DNA of 24,384 nucleotides, taken from NCBI GenBank assembly GCA_964619725.1, contig CAZUFC010000119.1:1-24384 (forward strand), given 5' to 3'. The translations under genes and the position numbers were made by a program. This stretch comes from an uncultured bacterium. Its GTDB lineage: Bacteria; CSSED10-310; CAZUFC01. Numbering within the stretch: position 1 is the first letter of the stretch; each line of letters opens with the position of its first letter. Shown piece by piece: positions 10,301 to 20,628 of the stretch. The notes under the pieces were generated by a model, which made no database searches, was not told where the DNA came from, and saw only the letters and a list, made by a program, of their open reading frames with translations.

Positions 10301-13300
10301 TCGCGTATATTGCAGGAAAAGAGGACAGGAGATGCTCCGTTCGTGCAGTATATGCCGGCTCCTTCACCCTTTCTGAATTCACAATGTTCAAAAACCGGCG
10401 AACTCGCTTTGCAAAAGATCATGTGATCGTCGTCATAACCTCCGTACTCAAAAACCGCATGCCTGATAATGCAATGATCATCATCTGCATGATCGCCGAA
10501 GTACACGCCTTTCCATTCGCCTGATTCCTGGGGAGGAACATACCCCTCATTATATGTAAAAATGACAGGATTCTCCGGAGTTCCCTCCGCCTTCAGACCG
10601 CCCGGACTTATTACGCCTTCATTTCCAATGAATAATTGATAATAACGGTTAAACTGGAGTTCCACTCCGGCTTCCAGCGTCAACACGGCCAGGTTTCCGG
10701 AAAGTCCGCCCACCGTAACATCTCCGTTAATCAAATAAGGAATGCCGTCATTTATCCAGAGGGCATCGGATGAAACATTGCCGGAATCGACGAGTAATCT
10801 CTGCTGTTGATTGTTTATGTAATTGTTGTCGTGAATCATGTCAGCGTGGTCAGCGCGGCAGCGGACGGGATAACTGCTGTTCAAAGTAAATGTATTGCCG
10901 ATTATGGAGGGACGCGCTTCATTAGAGGGTATACGGATGCCCTGAGTCGGATGTGCTGATATTAAGTTTTGGGTTATTTCCGGTGAAGAATCGCCATCGA
11001 TAAAGATTCCATTATCAGCGTTGCTGCTTATTTCACAACCGGTTATCTGCGGTGAAGCGTCCTCGCATCGAACGCCGTATTTTGCATTATGATGTAAAAA
11101 ACATTCCTGGATAACCGGCATGGAACCTCCTGTGCAGTATACGCCGGAATTGCTGTTGTAACGCGATTCCACATTATCCAGTAGAGGCGATACGCCGTTG
11201 CAATGAATGCATTCCTCAAGATTGTATCCACCGTATTCAACCAGGCAGTGTTGCATTATAGAATTTTCCGGGTCGGAAAAAGGAGCGAAATAAATTCCTG
11301 ACCAGTATCCTGGGGAGGGCGCATCCGTATCCGCAGTAAAAATAACCGGATTTGAAGATTCGCCCATTGCCGTCAAAGCGCCGGCATAGTCCTGGTTTTC
11401 ATCATGTCCGATGTAGAATTTAATTTCGCTCCCCATAAGCAAAACAGCGCCGGCTTCAATGTTGAGAGATGTAATCTCATCATTCCCGTCGTTTCCACGC
11501 ACGTAGACATCGCCGGCTATGCGATAAGGGATGCCGGGATTTTCCCACAAAGCGTCCCGGGCAATGCGACCTCCTGCGATATAGATGCACTGCATGGCGT
11601 TTTCAACGTAGGAGTTTCCATAAAAATCGCCCGGATCGTCCGCATACAGAAATACCGGGTAACCGTCGTTATCGTCGAAGAGGCATGAGGTTATCGTTGC
11701 ATCGCTGCCCTGATCTTCAACATATAAGCCATGATTATTGTTTTCATGGAACGTGACGTTTTCAGCAGCTCCAGAACTCTCATTTCTGATATAGAATCCA
11801 TAGCTTGAATTCTCGCTGATCATGCCGCCGCTCAATACAGGCGACGAGCCGTTGTCTACGAACACTCCGTAATTGTTGTTGTGATGAAAGAAGCAGTCGA
11901 TCAATTCAGGCGCTGCGAAATGATCGCAGTATATGCCGGGACCTGAGCACCGGCATGATTCCGTATTTGAAATCAAAGGCGAGCTGTTGTAACAAGTTAT
12001 ATTTTCTATATCTTTTCCGCCGTATTCAACAACGCAATAATTCAGCTCGCACAAAGCATCTTCGGACAAATCATCGAAATAGATGCCGCCCCAATCGCCC
12101 TGGCTCTGCGGTTGTGATGCCGACGTAAAAAATACCGGTTCGCCGGGTTCGCCCAAAGCGCGTAACGCGCCTGGCAGGTCAGGATCGTCGGCATGTCCCA
12201 CGAAAATTGAAAATCCCGGATTGACCTTAACTTCAACGCCCGCTTCAATCGTAAGGGTCGTTACATGATCCGGACCGTCCGTTCCCCGGATAAAAATATC
12301 TCCCGTCAGTTTATAGGGGACGCCTGTATCTTCCCACACGCCGTCGATCGAAACGGTATCGCCCAGAACGTAAAATTCGTCGTATAAATTACCTGAAGCG
12401 GCATTATCGCTGAAAGCGCCTAACTGGCCGGCGAAAGCATACACTGGATAATTATTATTGTCGTGGAAGCCGCAGTTAGTAATTTGCGGACGGCAATCTG
12501 CCGTCGTGACCGCCAGGCCGTTCCCGAAATTTGAATTAAAGGAGCAATTTTCGATGACAGGCGAAGAAGCATGTTCGATGCGCAGTCCGTTTGAATCGTT
12601 CGACGTCATTTCACAGTTGATGATTGACGGCGAACTTGAGTGAAGTATTCGTAGGCCTTGCGCGGAGTTGTGCATCAACTGACAGTTCAGCAGCACAGCC
12701 TGGGAACCGCTATCGATATAAACGCCCGGTCCGTCTCCGTATCTTGAAATGGTATTGCTGATATAAGGGGAGCAGCCGTCAATCAGGATATTTTCATTAA
12801 TATCATACCCGCCGTATTCCACAACACAATAGTTCATGATCGATTCACCGGCTGCGTACCTGTTGAATGCGATGCCGTCCCACTCCGGACCGCTTTGAGA
12901 CCAGAGCGAGAATGTTATGATGCCGCTTCCTGAAAAACCGTCGGCAATAAGTTTACCCGGTTTGTCCGCATGCTCTTCATGACCGACGGTTATACCCGTT
13001 TGCTCGTTGAACAGAACAACCGCTCCCGGTTCCAGTTCAAGCGTCGTTACGCCGTCCTCCCCATCAGTTCCCTGCACGATGACGTCGTTTTCAGCGATAT
13101 AATAGGGTATGCCCTGATTCAACCAGGTCCCGTCTTTCGATATTACTCCGCCCTTGACGCGTACTGCGGCGTAATTATGCGGGAGGTTTGAGTAGCTGTT
13201 CCCGGCAATGTAAGGAACGGCGTGAATATTATCGACGGAAACCGGCCATTGTCCGTTGCCTGTAAAATTGTTGTTCATTACCGCGGGTAAGGCCGCAGCG

Positions 13301-16300
13301 CTGACCACTAATCCGTTCTGATCATTGTACTCAATAAGGCAGTTCGATATAAGCGAGGCTGACTCATACCCGACGTTTATTCCGGCGCTGCGACAACCTG
13401 ATACGGTGCATTCGGTTATGACGGGATGCGCTTTATTACAACAGTAAATTCCGTCAGCGCTGCTGAATTGAACACTGCAATGCTCGATAGTCGGCGAGGA
13501 TGAATCAAGCCTGATAATCGCATTGATCGAGGACCCTCCGTATTCCAGTGTGCAGTATGTCATGAAGCTGTCATCGCAGGCGGAATTTCTGAAATATATG
13601 CCTGCCCATTGACCGGGCGATTTGCTTGTTTTGGATGATGTAAAAAGTATGCCGTGGCTGGGATCGCCCTCAGCAAGCAGTTCACCGTTTTCTCCGTTAT
13701 CGCCGCCGATATATAGCCGGCGACTGGATTCGAAACGAACCTCAACGCCGTCTTCGATAGTCAGCACGGCATCGTTACGGACGGAGACGTTTTCCGCAAT
13801 CAGATAGATACCCTGATGCGGGTTATCTGTGGTCCAGGTCGTATCGACTATAATGTCTTCGGAGATGTTCATCGGGATAGCGGATGATGCCGGCGTGGGC
13901 ATAGGGGATTCCGTGGCCGTAGGAGGAATCGTAGGCGTATCGGTCGGTGTGGATGTCGCCGTGGGCGTGCGTGTCGGGAGGGATGTGGGAGTGTCGGGGG
14001 GAAGAGTCGGTTCAGGCGTTTGAGTAACGGTAGGGGATTGAGTCGCTGTCGGTGTATCTGTCGGCGAGCATGTGACTGTAGGCGTGTCCGTCGGTTCGGG
14101 TGTCGGTTGACCGGGTGCAGCGGTCAGCCAGTTCAAATAATTTACGTCTTCGCTGACATTATCCGCTGCATCATTATTGTTGCCGTCGTCCACGCACCCG
14201 TCGCTTCCGAATCCGTCGTCGTCCGGCCCTTCTGCATCTCCCCACCAGTTGCCGTTCGCCTGTATGCATGTGGAGGTATCGAGATTCCTCACTGCGTAGG
14301 ATGAGTTACCGGAAAATTCGTTGCCCGTTCCGCTGCCGCCGCCTATAACAGGATTCGATCCGCCGGTAATGTAAACGCCGTTGGGTTGACCGTTGAAAAT
14401 GCTGGAGCTTATTGTCGGATCGCTGCCGATACCGGTCGTATATATGCCGTATTCCGTGTTGTCGTGAAAGCTGCAGGAAAAAATTTCAGGCGATGATCCG
14501 TCTTCGCAATATATTCCGGCGCCGTGACTGTTTTTTATTTCGCAGTATTCAAACGTCGGCGATGAGAGGTCGCAATTGACGGCATGATCGCTGCCGTATC
14601 CCGCATATTCTATCACCGCGTGTCGGATGCTGCATATATTATCCTGAGCGTAATTGTGGAAGTATATACCGTACCATTCACCGGATGACGACGGAGTATA
14701 TCCGTCATTATAAGTAAACATTACGGGATTCTCCGGGGTTCCGTTCACAGAGATGCCGCCCGGATTTATTATGCTGCCGGAACCGATGTTCAACCGGTAG
14801 TATCTGTGCCATTGCATTTCCACTCCAGGTTCAATAACCAGGACGGCAGGATTTCCGTCTGTGCCTTTAACATCAACGTCGCCGACCATCAGGTAGGGCA
14901 CGTTCTGCTTATGCCATACGGCATCGGAAGATATGGTGTCTCCGTTCACGTATATCTTTTGAACAGCGTTGCCGCTGCATGCGTTTCCGGTTTGCCTGTC
15001 GAGATCGCCGGCATAGCAGCGTAAGGGATAGCTTCCGTTATCGTTCAAGGTATTGTTGGAAACAAGGGGATCGGCTGCTGCATGATTAACGTAAATGCCG
15101 TAGCTTGAATTTTCTGAAATTGAGTTGCCTGTTATTGCCGGAGAGGAAGCCTGCAGCGCATGAATCCCGTAAGCGGTATTGTGCGATATAAGGCAGTTAT
15201 TGATAACCGGCGAACCGTCGTCGCATGTGATACCGTTGTCCGTATTGTCGTGAATATTGCATCCGAAGAGTTCCGCTTCCGCGCTGTTGATGAAATATAA
15301 GCCTCCAGAACCCTGACGGCATTCCACGTTGTTCAGGGAGGGGCTGCTTCCATCGCAGCAGATGCTGTAACTGGAAGAATATCCGGCGTATTCGACGATG
15401 CAGTGGCTGATTTCCGATTCAGTCCCGTCTGCGAATGGACGAAAATACAGTCCGTCCCATGTTCCGGGCGAAGGAGTATCCGAATCGGCAGTAAAAATGA
15501 CTTTTTCTGCGGCATTACCTTCAACGCGGAGAGCTCCGGGATAATCGGGATTCGTCGCATGACCGACGTACAAGCCGTGATAGGAACCGAAACGCAACTC
15601 AGCTCCCGCCTCGATGGTCAGAACAGTCAGATCGTCCTCACCGTCCTGTCCGACCACGCTGAGGTCTCCCGTAATTCTGTAGGGTATTCCGGCGTTTTCC
15701 CATACTGAATCGTATATGACAGCGTCGCCCCACACATAAATAAACTGATTGACGTTGTTCACGTAGGTATTGTTTTGAAAACCCCCGATATGTCGGGCTT
15801 TCGCCATGACTGGGTATCCGTTGTTTCCGTCGAACAGGCAGCCTGTGAACAGAGGCAGACAATCCGTCCGGTCGAGGTATATGCCGTCGTTGTTGTTGGA
15901 TGAGATTGCGCAATCGGCAAAAACGGGCGAGCAACCGTCGAAAAGCTGAACTCCATAGGAACTGTTGTTGGAAATCGTGGTCCCTGTGATTACGGGAGAA
16001 CTTTGTAGTTCAGCATGAATGCCGTAATTCGAGTTGTGATGAAAATGACAATCAGATATAGCGGGAGATGAGCCATTACAGCAATAAACACCAGGACCTG
16101 AAGCGTACCGGGACTCGGTATTGGAAATGACCGGGGAACTGCCGGAGCAATAGATATTCTCACCGGGATCATATCCGCCGTATTCAACGATGCAATGGTT
16201 CATTTCGCACAATACATCAGAAGAGTAATCAGCGAAGTATATCCCTTTCCAGCCGCCCGGCGCCGGCGTATCGCCGTCCGCGGTAAAGAGTATTTTTTCG

Positions 16301-19300
16301 GACTCAGAGCCCAAAGCCTGCAAAGCTCCCGGAAGTCTGTGATTCTGGTCGTCGCCGATATACAGGCAATAATAAGCGCCGAACATCAACTCACATCCCG
16401 GATTCAGGGCCACCGTCGTTACGTCGTCCTCGCCGTCGTGTCCCTGCACCCAGACGTTTCCTGTCATTTTGTAGGGAATACCCGGATTTTCCCAGGAAGC
16501 ATCACGCGGGACGACGTCTTCCCGCACATATATCTGCTGACAGGCATTCTCGGTATAGGTATTGCCTGCGAATGCGCCGATTTGTCCGGCGAAACAGTTG
16601 ACGGGATAACTGCCGTTGCCGTCGAAGAGGCAATCCGTAACGGTGGGCAGGCAATGGGCATGAGCGATCCGCAGTCCGTAACCGCCATTTCCGTTCAAGC
16701 GGCAATTATTGATTTCCGGAGAGGCGCCGCCGGATATGTATATCCCGTAGTCTTCGTTTGAATTCATGTCGCAGTCGTGAATGAAAGGGGAGCTGAAATT
16801 ACAGGCATATATTCCGTGCCCGTCGTTTTGATAAATATCGGTTCCGTAAATGAATACGGAAGAATCGTCGCAGTCGATGCCGTTTCCTGCGGCGTAGCGA
16901 ACAGTGCATTGTCCGATGGTCATGCATGAATGGTGGAGATTAATGTTTTCGCCGCTTTTTTCCCTGGTTCCATAACCCCCGTGCTCGATTATGCAGAAAC
17001 GCAGCAAAGAATCATCGCTTGAATAATATTCAAATGTGATCCCATCCCAGTAAACGCTATCGGACCATCGAGTAAACCATATTTTCGTAGTGGAAGAACC
17101 GCCGTCAGCGATCAGCTTACCGGGTTTATTGGAAGTTTCGGCATGACCGACGGTCAATCCGGCCTGGGAGTCAAAATAAATAATGACGCCCGGAGCGACG
17201 GTCAATGTCGTTATTTCGTCAGGTCCATCCATACCTTCGACAGCTATGTCCTCGGGCAGGTAATAAGGAGCGGTCTGATCTCTCCAGAGACTGTCCCGGC
17301 TCACCGTTCCGCCTCCGACATATATAGCGTCATGGTCCGGTTCCAGGTCGGAGAAGACGTTGTCCCTTATTCTGTCGACCGTATCGGGATTCTCGACCCG
17401 GATGGGCCAATCGGTCGGCGTTTCAAAGGAATTGTCGATTATGACCGGTCTGCTGCCGCCGTCTGCGTAAACGCCGCCGGAGCAGTCGCGTATGATCGAA
17501 GCGGAAATATGCGGCGATGAATTTCCGAAGGCATAAACGCCGTATCCGCTGCAATTGCGAATAAGGCAATCCGATATGACTGCGTAGGAGGTCGCCCGGC
17601 AGCGTATGCCGTTGCCGGCGCAATAACGGATATTGCACTGATTTATGCTGGGAGAGGAAGTCTCGCAATAAACGCCCGCCGATGTGCCATATCCGGCATA
17701 TTCAATGATGCAGTTGCTGAGGGTACTGGAATCATCCGCCGCATCCCTGAAATATATGCCCCTGTATTGACCGGGAGCGGGATTGGGATTATCGCTCGTT
17801 ATCCAAATTTTGATCTCTTCATCGCCCACAGCCGCCAGTTTTCCACAATCTCCCGCCGTTTCTCCGCCGACATATAAACAGCAACCGCTTTCAAACCTTA
17901 ATTCGACGCCTTCCTGAATGGTGAGAACCGCGTTGTTTCTGATCGAAATGCTTGCCGTTATGTGGTATACTCCGTCGCATGTCGGCGATGTTTCACTCCA
18001 TGTCGTGTCCTCGATTATGTCTTCGGAAACGTAATAGGGGGCGCATGTATTGGTGGGAGTAACGCTTGGCGGAAGAGTCGCCGTATTCGTCGGCGTCGCT
18101 GTCGGCTGAAGGGTCGGAGTGAATGTCGGGGAAGCCGTCATGGTTGCGGTTGGAGTTAAGGTTGGGGTTCCCGACGGCAGGGGCGAAGCTGTGGGAGTCA
18201 AAAACGGAGCGCATTCATTTTGAATTATTCCATGCTCACAATAAATGTGACACATCTCCTCCAGGCGACCCATCTCCATAAATAACCAGCCGTCCCAGAA
18301 ATCCAGTATCGACTCAGGCGCATAAGTCGTGCATACTCTCCATATATTGTCCGGACCGTCTCCGAAAAAATCCCAGCAGAAGTCGCCCTGGTAATTATCA
18401 TCGTTAAAATCAAAAATATCCCATAATATGCAGGCGACCGTACCTTCGACGGACCACGGTATTTCCGGGTCGTTCCATCCTTTGGAGGCATTGCAGAAGG
18501 CATCATTGCAGCCGGGAGTGGGCGTGCCGTTGTTCGAATAAGCCATACAAACGCCTGTCTCCAGGTTATATTCTTCTTTTAAAGGAGCGCATGCGGGCGT
18601 CGCATGCGGTTCATTCGCATTGTCATATACGCTGCTTCCCGTGACTGCGCAGGCTGTAAAATGAGCCCAGGCTTCGTCCCATGCCAAGCCAAGATTTGTG
18701 TCTCCGCAAAAACTGTGCTCAGCCACAGGGGTATATGGAGCCAGGAATCCGTAAACCCAGCTTATATAATGCCCGTATTCATGCATTATTACCCCGTCAT
18801 CCCATTCGTCCAATCCGGGATCGTTTTGTATGACGATCTTGTCGCCGGGGATGTAATAAGAACCGCTTCCGTTACCCGGATACCACTCGGTGACGACCTG
18901 GGGCGGGGCTCCCGTTCCCGGCCTGTCGCACACCCATTCGAAAGCTTCCCAGGTTTTGTCGCAGATGTTCCAGGCTCCTCGATTGCTCTCAGCCGGCATC
19001 CACGTTCCCATGTCGTAAGCGCCGTCCGGAACGTTATCGACGGTATCCGTGACTGTCCGCAAAGTCATTTCGTAATCGTTAACCACCTTTACCGCCGCAT
19101 TTTCAGCATAAAAAGTCACGTAAATGTCCTGGGTCCCCCCTTCTCCGTCGACGTTATCCACAGGTCCGAAACTGAAATAACCCGTTTCATCCGTATAGGT
19201 CGTCGCCAACTGCTCGTCGCCTAATACGTCCTCGTCCCATAAAGCGCAATATGTGTATCGTGACGGAACTCCGCTTAAATAATTGAAATATCCGTAAACC

Positions 19301-19599
19301 GTTATGGTTCCCCGGTCTCCCCTGCCGCCAGTCGCCGGAGGTTCCCCGGCGACCGATGTCTGGCCGTCGACCGGTTCGCCGAACGAGGGCCTTTCCGGTT
19401 GAAAAATCGAACCGGCTGAATTTCGTTGTCCTTGATCAGCCGGTTCTCCAGCCGTTAACCCCTGTTGCACGTAGTTCCGAACAGGCTCGTTTTCCCCGGC
19501 GCTCACAGCTTCTCCAGCGCTTGCTTGAATTAAAACTAAAATAATTGATATAAATATGCTCGCCCCCATCAGGTACGAGATTTTCTTTTTTAGATTCAT
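1213..19599 (-). CDS. Giant (6128 aa) secreted/surface protein: zincin-like metalloprotease plus four right-handed parallel beta-helix modules, Thr/Pro linkers and C-terminal membrane anchor/sorting signal
   Basis: Uninterrupted 18.4-kb ORF. N-terminal MNLKKK, hydrophobic stretch and ASA signal peptide. HEYGH motif. Dozens of ~22-24-aa repeats of type sPxIxnCxIxxNxxxGIyc (PbH1/pectin-lyase-like). Five Thr/Pro-rich linkers. C-terminal hydrophobic helix and Lys-rich tail. Confidence 0.93.
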   Translation of the reverse strand: MNLKKKISYLMGASIFISIILVLIQASAGEAVSAGENEPVRNYVQQGLTAGEPADQGQRNSAGSIFQPERPSFGEPVDGQTSVAGEPPATGGRGDRGTITVYGYFNYLSGVPSRYTYCALWDEDVLGDEQLATTYTDETGYFSFGPVDNVDGEGGTQDIYVTFYAENAAVKVVNDYEMTLRTVTDTVDNVPDGAYDMGTWMPAESNRGAWNICDKTWEAFEWVCDRPGTGAPPQVVTEWYPGNGSGSYYIPGDKIVIQNDPGLDEWDDGVIMHEYGHYISWVYGFLAPYTPVAEHSFCGDTNLGLAWDEAWAHFTACAVTGSSVYDNANEPHATPACAPLKEEYNLETGVCMAYSNNGTPTPGCNDAFCNASKGWNDPEIPWSVEGTVACILWDIFDFNDDNYQGDFCWDFFGDGPDNIWRVCTTYAPESILDFWDGWLFMEMGRLEEMCHIYCEHGIIQNECAPFLTPTASPLPSGTPTLTPTATMTASPTFTPTLQPTATPTNTATLPPSVTPTNTCAPYYVSEDIIEDTTWSETSPTCDGVYHITASISIRNNAVLTIQEGVELRFESGCCLYVGGETAGDCGKLAAVGDEEIKIWITSDNPNPAPGQYRGIYFRDAADDSSTLSNCIIEYAGYGTSAGVYCETSSPSINQCNIRYCAGNGIRCRATSYAVISDCLIRNCSGYGVYAFGNSSPHISASIIRDCSGGVYADGGSRPVIIDNSFETPTDWPIRVENPDTVDRIRDNVFSDLEPDHDAIYVGGGTVSRDSLWRDQTAPYYLPEDIAVEGMDGPDEITTLTVAPGVIIYFDSQAGLTVGHAETSNKPGKLIADGGSSTTKIWFTRWSDSVYWDGITFEYYSSDDSLLRFCIIEHGGYGTREKSGENINLHHSCMTIGQCTVRYAAGNGIDCDDSSVFIYGTDIYQNDGHGIYACNFSSPFIHDCDMNSNEDYGIYISGGASPEINNCRLNGNGGYGLRIAHAHCLPTVTDCLFDGNGSYPVNCFAGQIGAFAGNTYTENACQQIYVREDVVPRDASWENPGIPYKMTGNVWVQGHDGEDDVTTVALNPGCELMFGAYYCLYIGDDQNHRLPGALQALGSESEKILFTADGDTPAPGGWKGIYFADYSSDVLCEMNHCIVEYGGYDPGENIYCSGSSPVISNTESRYASGPGVYCCNGSSPAISDCHFHHNSNYGIHAELQSSPVITGTTISNNSSYGVQLFDGCSPVFADCAISSNNNDGIYLDRTDCLPLFTGCLFDGNNGYPVMAKARHIGGFQNNTYVNNVNQFIYVWGDAVIYDSVWENAGIPYRITGDLSVVGQDGEDDLTVLTIEAGAELRFGSYHGLYVGHATNPDYPGALRVEGNAAEKVIFTADSDTPSPGTWDGLYFRPFADGTESEISHCIVEYAGYSSSYSICCDGSSPSLNNVECRQGSGGLYFINSAEAELFGCNIHDNTDNGITCDDGSPVINNCLISHNTAYGIHALQASSPAITGNSISENSSYGIYVNHAAADPLVSNNTLNDNGSYPLRCYAGDLDRQTGNACSGNAVQKIYVNGDTISSDAVWHKQNVPYLMVGDVDVKGTDGNPAVLVIEPGVEMQWHRYYRLNIGSGSIINPGGISVNGTPENPVMFTYNDGYTPSSSGEWYGIYFHNYAQDNICSIRHAVIEYAGYGSDHAVNCDLSSPTFEYCEIKNSHGAGIYCEDGSSPEIFSCSFHDNTEYGIYTTGIGSDPTISSSIFNGQPNGVYITGGSNPVIGGGSGTGNEFSGNSSYAVRNLDTSTCIQANGNWWGDAEGPDDDGFGSDGCVDDGNNNDAADNVSEDVNYLNWLTAAPGQPTPEPTDTPTVTCSPTDTPTATQSPTVTQTPEPTLPPDTPTSLPTRTPTATSTPTDTPTIPPTATESPMPTPASSAIPMNISEDIIVDTTWTTDNPHQGIYLIAENVSVRNDAVLTIEDGVEVRFESSRRLYIGGDNGENGELLAEGDPSHGILFTSSKTSKSPGQWAGIYFRNSACDDSFMTYCTLEYGGSSINAIIRLDSSSPTIEHCSVQFSSADGIYCCNKAHPVITECTVSGCRSAGINVGYESASLISNCLIEYNDQNGLVVSAAALPAVMNNNFTGNGQWPVSVDNIHAVPYIAGNSYSNLPHNYAAVRVKGGVISKDGTWLNQGIPYYIAENDVIVQGTDGEDGVTTLELEPGAVVLFNEQTGITVGHEEHADKPGKLIADGFSGSGIITFSLWSQSGPEWDGIAFNRYAAGESIMNYCVVEYGGYDINENILIDGCSPYISNTISRYGDGPGVYIDSGSQAVLLNCQLMHNSAQGLRILHSSSPSIINCEMTSNDSNGLRIEHASSPVIENCSFNSNFGNGLAVTTADCRPQITNCGFHDNNNYPVYAFAGQLGAFSDNAASGNLYDEFYVLGDTVSIDGVWEDTGVPYKLTGDIFIRGTDGPDHVTTLTIEAGVEVKVNPGFSIFVGHADDPDLPGALRALGEPGEPVFFTSASQPQSQGDWGGIYFDDLSEDALCELNYCVVEYGGKDIENITCYNSSPLISNTESCRCSGPGIYCDHFAAPELIDCFFHHNNNYGVFVDNGSSPVLSGGMISENSSYGFYIRNESSGAAENVTFHENNNHGLYVEDQGSDATITSCLFDDNDGYPVFLYADDPGDFYGNSYVENAMQCIYIAGGRIARDALWENPGIPYRIAGDVYVRGNDGNDEITSLNIEAGAVLLMGSEIKFYIGHDENQDYAGALTAMGESSNPVIFTADTDAPSPGYWSGIYFAPFSDPENSIMQHCLVEYGGYNLEECIHCNGVSPLLDNVESRYNSNSGVYCTGGSMPVIQECFLHHNAKYGVRCEDASPQITGCEISSNADNGIFIDGDSSPEITQNLISAHPTQGIRIPSNEARPSIIGNTFTLNSSYPVRCRADHADMIHDNNYINNQQQRLLVDSGNVSSDALWINDGIPYLINGDVTVGGLSGNLAVLTLEAGVELQFNRYYQLFIGNEGVISPGGLKAEGTPENPVIFTYNEGYVPPQESGEWKGVYFGDHADDDHCIIRHAVFEYGGYDDDHMIFCKASSPVFEHCEFRKGEGAGIYCTNGASPVLFSCNIRDNSNSGLRMTGGDTDPLISNSIITENRYGIYIENGAEPVIGGAVDAGNNIFGNTSYGVRNLYSETCIEARFNWWGDAGGPDDDLHGSDDCVNGGNNNDAGDKVSDDVNYTDWLTAPINTPTPIPSSSPTETPLPTETAVPTETPEFTLTPAYTSTAAPYTPTSTHSPTLTATSTFTATPRPSATSSATPTPTPYSTPQGISEDIVADTVWDVDNPWNGIYLISGEIAVRNDATLTIEPGVQVRFENSARIFIGGSTGSDRGRLIAAGTESEPVLFTSDRLDPSPGRYDGLHFRDSAYDDSSLQYCIIEYAGNATNADIRCDSASPSISDCTCRFSSHHGIACYGEACPLIENSVFNGCIEWGILAAEDSQPLISGNVFEDTMSGVSIAAGCRPVVADNAFIRTGSWPVSVDDVKGINNIENNTFMELSEDCAAIHVAGGFVVEDSSWANQGIGYYFTGDVFVRGTDGPDRITSLSIEPGTTLIFAEEAGLAVGHDTDVNQPGRLVAQGNVPGAPVVFTGWNELPGCWTGIKFNSTAADDSILASCDVSYATTNITIDGCSLQLSGIQSRHASEHGLSCINNASPMIENCDFSSNGVDGIYIHYSSSPTIIACTTAYNQDDGISNAGGSSAFISNCLIYENGDYGMTAGSAGSNPVVIGCMFDDNDAYPVAGYASHFGAFSGNLYQNNGCQKILVAGDTIAHDAVWENPGIPYKINGDIFISGQDGDDEVTVLTLEAGVRLNFSDLWSIYVGEDENPDNAGALRALGQENEPVIFTSDQECPACGDWRGIYFAAHSDDSQSELRHCIIEYGGYSDIENIHCYDSSPYLFHTESRYGWGPGIKCTENASPTLIDCNLNHNTHYGIYADVNSTPLMTGGSIWENSSYGIYLQNGASVEIAGVTVRENGNDGVHLYSQDCGVTALDCLFDDNDGYPVYAWARHYGDFYGNYYADNESPYLYIVGGAVVDDSVWENCGIPYRIAGNVYIRGNDGEDQITTLAIEPGVEIRMGSEIQFVVGHETNPDYAGILKALGEPDNEILFTADAQEQEPGFWNGIYFTPFSGGSISELRHCIVEYGGNGGFDNIRCRSAQPLLNSVESRFGLYSGVYCEEDSQISISNCYIHHNNEYGIHCSDSSVNILDSQIKADREGIYIHGESLSNVSGNVISENSDYGLRADSEETVVSAVNNTFALNNNPVRCRAGHVDNVHDNIYINNSYDRILVDSGWIVEDATWKNEGLCYLVLGDITVRGNSGEIAILTIEAGNEIQFNPQRGLYIGTNSILNRGGFSVEGTPEEKVTFTFNEWYDPPQDSQRWTGIIFRKYAHDDHCLIKHAVFEFGGYEDAEMICCEGSSPVFEHCEFTEGDDAGIYCTSGASPVIHSCIIHDNVSKGIHAVGGNTNPVVTNSVMCGQRYGVYVEDAAEPVIGGVPGCGNNIFENYGQGIRNIYSDTCIEAQYNWWGDAGGPDDDYAGTDWCMNGMNDNDAGDDVSEDVYYENWLTAPMNTPTPVPTATYTATFTPAGTPEPTESPLPTETPVLTATSTPTETVMPTSSPTHTATSTPVYTQAPTETPVLTPPPTASPEMSCTPWSFSGDITEDTTWPADMPCGGVMLLTGNVTIRNNAVLTIEDGVTVKYNPYIRIYVGGATSGDTGKLIADGSESMGITFTSASSEPYPGRIGGICFRDSADDESILDYCTVEYGGYSINSCIRCESCSPNITNCTVSKSNHHGIYLDDADPLFDGGTISDCSEYALYCDGNSSPVASNLSVEYNGQGIYAAAGAGPVIQNNAFKNINDWPIEIYNVHQLQNITGNTYAGLPDAKQAIMVSGGTISQDCTWPFQELPLYVDSDLTVMGRDGTDGITCLTIEPGNVLLFNSSARLTVGHSSDPANPGALDAQGIPGGNEIVFSGWESSPGYWDGITFHDYASDDSILDACIVEYGGDSSNDNIKLESCSPTITHTVSRYSSRAGLFCNNADPVVYDCEFIENGNKGISLYYGSDPDVSQCFIGYNESCAIYMTGGSSPSVTNCIIFENCNWGIYVADANSSPVVTGCCFDDNDYYPVRLFARHIPGFMNNSYADNLNQQIYVVSETLTRDALWVNNGIPYKITENDLTIQGTDGEDGVTTLTLEQGTVIEMGPELEIYIGHDTDPGQPGALAAIGTEDAKIVFTADTEAPVHGFWDGIYFAAYSDDALSELNHCIIQYGGYSSRHNLYCNGSSPAFYDTKSTECAGSGLYCTDGASPLLTGCDFISNTDNGIKLQNDCSPVITGCSLALNSDEGLYMNGSCSPIVNNCVFFENGEYGTYIHDSASRPVITGSLFDDNDDYPMYAWAVQIDNIYDNAYQDNLYPQIYLRGGTLTQDAGWDNPGIPYKIVDNVSVYGTDYQTAALTVESGTIMLFAENRGLFIGHDASDSRPGALITQGTSEERVVFAGDSEPQEPGYWNGLYFGLYADDALTELNYTTVKYGGYPDYENIICNGCSPTFNQVESRFGADYGIVCREGAQPSLNLCTVRDNLSYGIYCIDASPDVQNSLITANSSYGIYITGDSSPTINGSTISEQSSYGIRVNSSTALPVITNNEFNFNSSYPIGCYARNIDSMHGNSYINNGGQKILVFADTLIADALWRNQGIPYLINGNVTVTGESGNPAVLTIEPGVELQFNHYYSLTIGSNDSQRPGGLMIEALPENPVVFTHNDYYQPPSEEGEWAGLKFCDYAVDESCIIRNVKFEYGGYETGNMISCYASSPTFEYCEIVYGKGEGIYCNEGAQPVIHSCRIGNNSYSGVRASGVGTQPEITNCILTGQRFGVFAESGAEPVIGGTTTKGNNIEGNTTYGVRNTDDTTCIDATFNWWGDAGGPDDNYFGYDGCVNDGNDNDPGDRVTDDVNYLDWLDSPMATPTQIPTATLTPTLTPTPTLSPTATKSPTPTSSPTETLTPTTSPTNSPTITPTQTETAVPTNTPESTNTPTETPTNTPTTTPTNTPTNSPTETPEYTSTPTITPTVAPVPATNMTGIAVMIILLSILTIIKPGKKQTMKTK
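1645..5555 (-). repeat. Beta-helix module 4 (~1300 aa; boundaries approximate)
   Basis: Begins [13 protein letters not shown] and ends [18 protein letters not shown]...[12 protein letters not shown]. Five internal LT(I/L/V)ExG...FT...WxGI sub-repeats. Confidence 0.85.
5813..9710 (-). repeat. Beta-helix module 3 (~1300 aa; boundaries approximate)
   Basis: Begins [12 protein letters not shown] and ends [18 protein letters not shown]...[12 protein letters not shown]. Confidence 0.85.
9955..13872 (-). repeat. Beta-helix module 2 (~1300 aa; boundaries approximate)
   Basis: Begins [12 protein letters not shown] and ends [18 protein letters not shown]...[12 protein letters not shown]. Confidence 0.85.
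14120..18040 (-). repeat. Beta-helix module 1 (~1300 aa; boundaries approximate)
   Basis: Begins [12 protein letters not shown] and ends [18 protein letters not shown]...[13 protein letters not shown]. Confidence 0.85.
18226..19311 (-). other. Zincin (probable gluzincin) metalloprotease region of the giant protein, aa ~97-458
   Basis: [16 protein letters not shown] (HEYGH at 18769-18783, aa 273-277) with downstream AWDEAWAHF (Glu309, 18673-18675) as candidate third zinc ligand. Preceded by a small beta-sandwich-like segment (LWDED...[11 protein letters not shown]). Confidence 0.7.
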
Positions 19600-19731
19600 T
19601 CTTTTACGCCTTTCGAATTTGCTTAATATTGTAATTCATTGTTTTAACGTCATTATTGAAATCTTAAAACATCTGGAAAAAGATAAAATAAGTCTTTCCG
19701 GCGTGTATTGACTTCCCCGTAAGATAAGTCC

Positions 19732-19760
19732 ATAAAATCCGGAATATAACCGTATTCCGG
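19732..19760 (-). terminator. Probable intrinsic terminator between the 161-aa gene and the giant gene
   Basis: Minus strand CCGGAATA-CGGTTA-TATTCCGG (perfect 8-bp stem) followed by ATTTTAT, starting 8 nt after the TGA at 19769-19771. Confidence 0.6.
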
Positions 19761-19768
19761 CTGCAAGT

Positions 19769-20254
19769 TCATTTTACTTTTACGGCGTTTGAGGAATAAC
19801 TCGAATAGTTGATTCCGTCTGAAGAGGAGCTATGATCGAAGCTCCCTTCATTCAAATCGCTGATCACGAATATGCGCTCAATCCTTTTTCCCCATTTTTC
19901 AGCAGTATTTATACTTTCCGCTGCAGCGCCGACCGCCTTGATTTTAAACTCTCCCGGTTCCGTTGCTTCCGCTTCAATTATAAAACTCTCGCGCTTCATT
20001 TTTTTCAGGTCGCCGCACCACCGCAATTCTCCGGCCCGGCGCTTCAATCCCTCCGGCAAATGGACCTCAATCATAATGTCCTCAAGATCGAAACCGCTGA
20101 AAAACTCCACCCGCAAGCTGAATTTTTCGCCGACGACCGGTTCGCCCTCGCCCCTCAGTTCGATGACCAGGGGAAAACCGAGCGAAGCCGCCGACTTACA
20201 TGTGAAAAAGAAAATAAAAGGAATGATCCCTAAAACAATTAATTTACTTTTCAT
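19769..20254 (-). CDS. Small exported beta-rich (Ig-like/beta-sandwich) hypothetical protein, 161 aa
   Basis: ATG at 20254 with AGGGGAG RBS within 20261-20270. Signal peptide MKSKLIVLGIIPFIFFFTCKSAA (weak lipobox FFTC possible). Alternating hydrophobic strands VGEKFSLRVEF, IEVHLPEGL, WCGDL, EPGEFKIKA. Confidence 0.8.
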   Translation of the reverse strand: MKSKLIVLGIIPFIFFFTCKSAASLGFPLVIELRGEGEPVVGEKFSLRVEFFSGFDLEDIMIEVHLPEGLKRRAGELRWCGDLKKMKRESFIIEAEATEPGEFKIKAVGAAAESINTAEKWGKRIERIFVISDLNEGSFDHSSSSDGINYSSYSSNAVKVK

Positions 20255-20628
20255 AATTTTTCTCTCCCCTCTTCATAAATGACGAGTCACGGCAACATTT
20301 TTTGAATACCGTTTTTTCGGCCATGACATGGACGAATCCACTGAATCAACCGTCATTACAAATATAAAGATAATTGTTTAAAAATTGTTAAATTCAAAAA
20401 ACTTTGAAATCATCATGCATTAAAAAACTAATTTAAGGCGCCTGATTCAATATTCACGTTTCAGCGGCGCATTATTCCAGATTTTAATCAGGAGAGAGTA
20501 TTTATTCAGGAGGAATTTTGACTTTCGATTTTTTTTGGATTAACAAAAGGATAAGTATTGATCGCAACCGTCTGGAAGGACAAGGCTGCGATTTTTTTAA
20601 TTCAGTTGAAAGAGGAGGAAATGGGTTG
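20255..20628. promoter_or_regulatory. AT-rich divergent intergenic region
   Basis: Visibly AT-rich 374 bp between head-to-head genes, with RBSs at both ends (AGGGGAG minus; AGAGGAGG at 20611-20618 plus). No convincing -35/-10 pair identified. Confidence 0.5.

Noticed and set aside
1645-18040. Diversity-generating retroelement template/variable repeat pair
   Set aside because: No reverse transcriptase gene, and differences between repeats are not adenine-specific as far as I can see.
1247-19544. Dozens of short ORFs overlapping the giant gene, including Val/Gly-rich 1253-1669 and Arg-rich 5650-6198
   Set aside because: Antisense or off-frame shadows of the repetitive real CDS; the Val/Gly and Arg runs mirror the Thr/Pro linkers.
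1213-19599. Autotransporter, TpsA/CdiA, RTX or T9SS-cargo assignment; specific pectate lyase activity
   Set aside because: No C-terminal beta-barrel, TPS domain, GGxGxD nonapeptides or T9SS CTD seen; the protein ends in a TM helix. No catalytic lyase motif could be verified by eye.
19832-20282. Plus-strand ORFs 19832-20233 and 19872-20282
   Set aside because: Antisense to the 161-aa gene, which has the RBS, signal peptide and downstream terminator.
20285-20546. Imperfect IR GTCACGGC/GCCATGAC (~20285-20327) and TTGACT-17-TAACAA promoter candidate (20518-20546)
   Set aside because: Too short or degenerate to separate from chance in AT-rich DNA; the -10 lacks the conserved final T.
20518-20628. 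37-codon N-terminal extension of the collagen gene from TTG 20518
   Set aside because: It would bury the signal peptide, and a strong AGAGGAGG precedes 20626/20629. An AGGAGG also precedes 20518, so this start is disfavoured rather than excluded.
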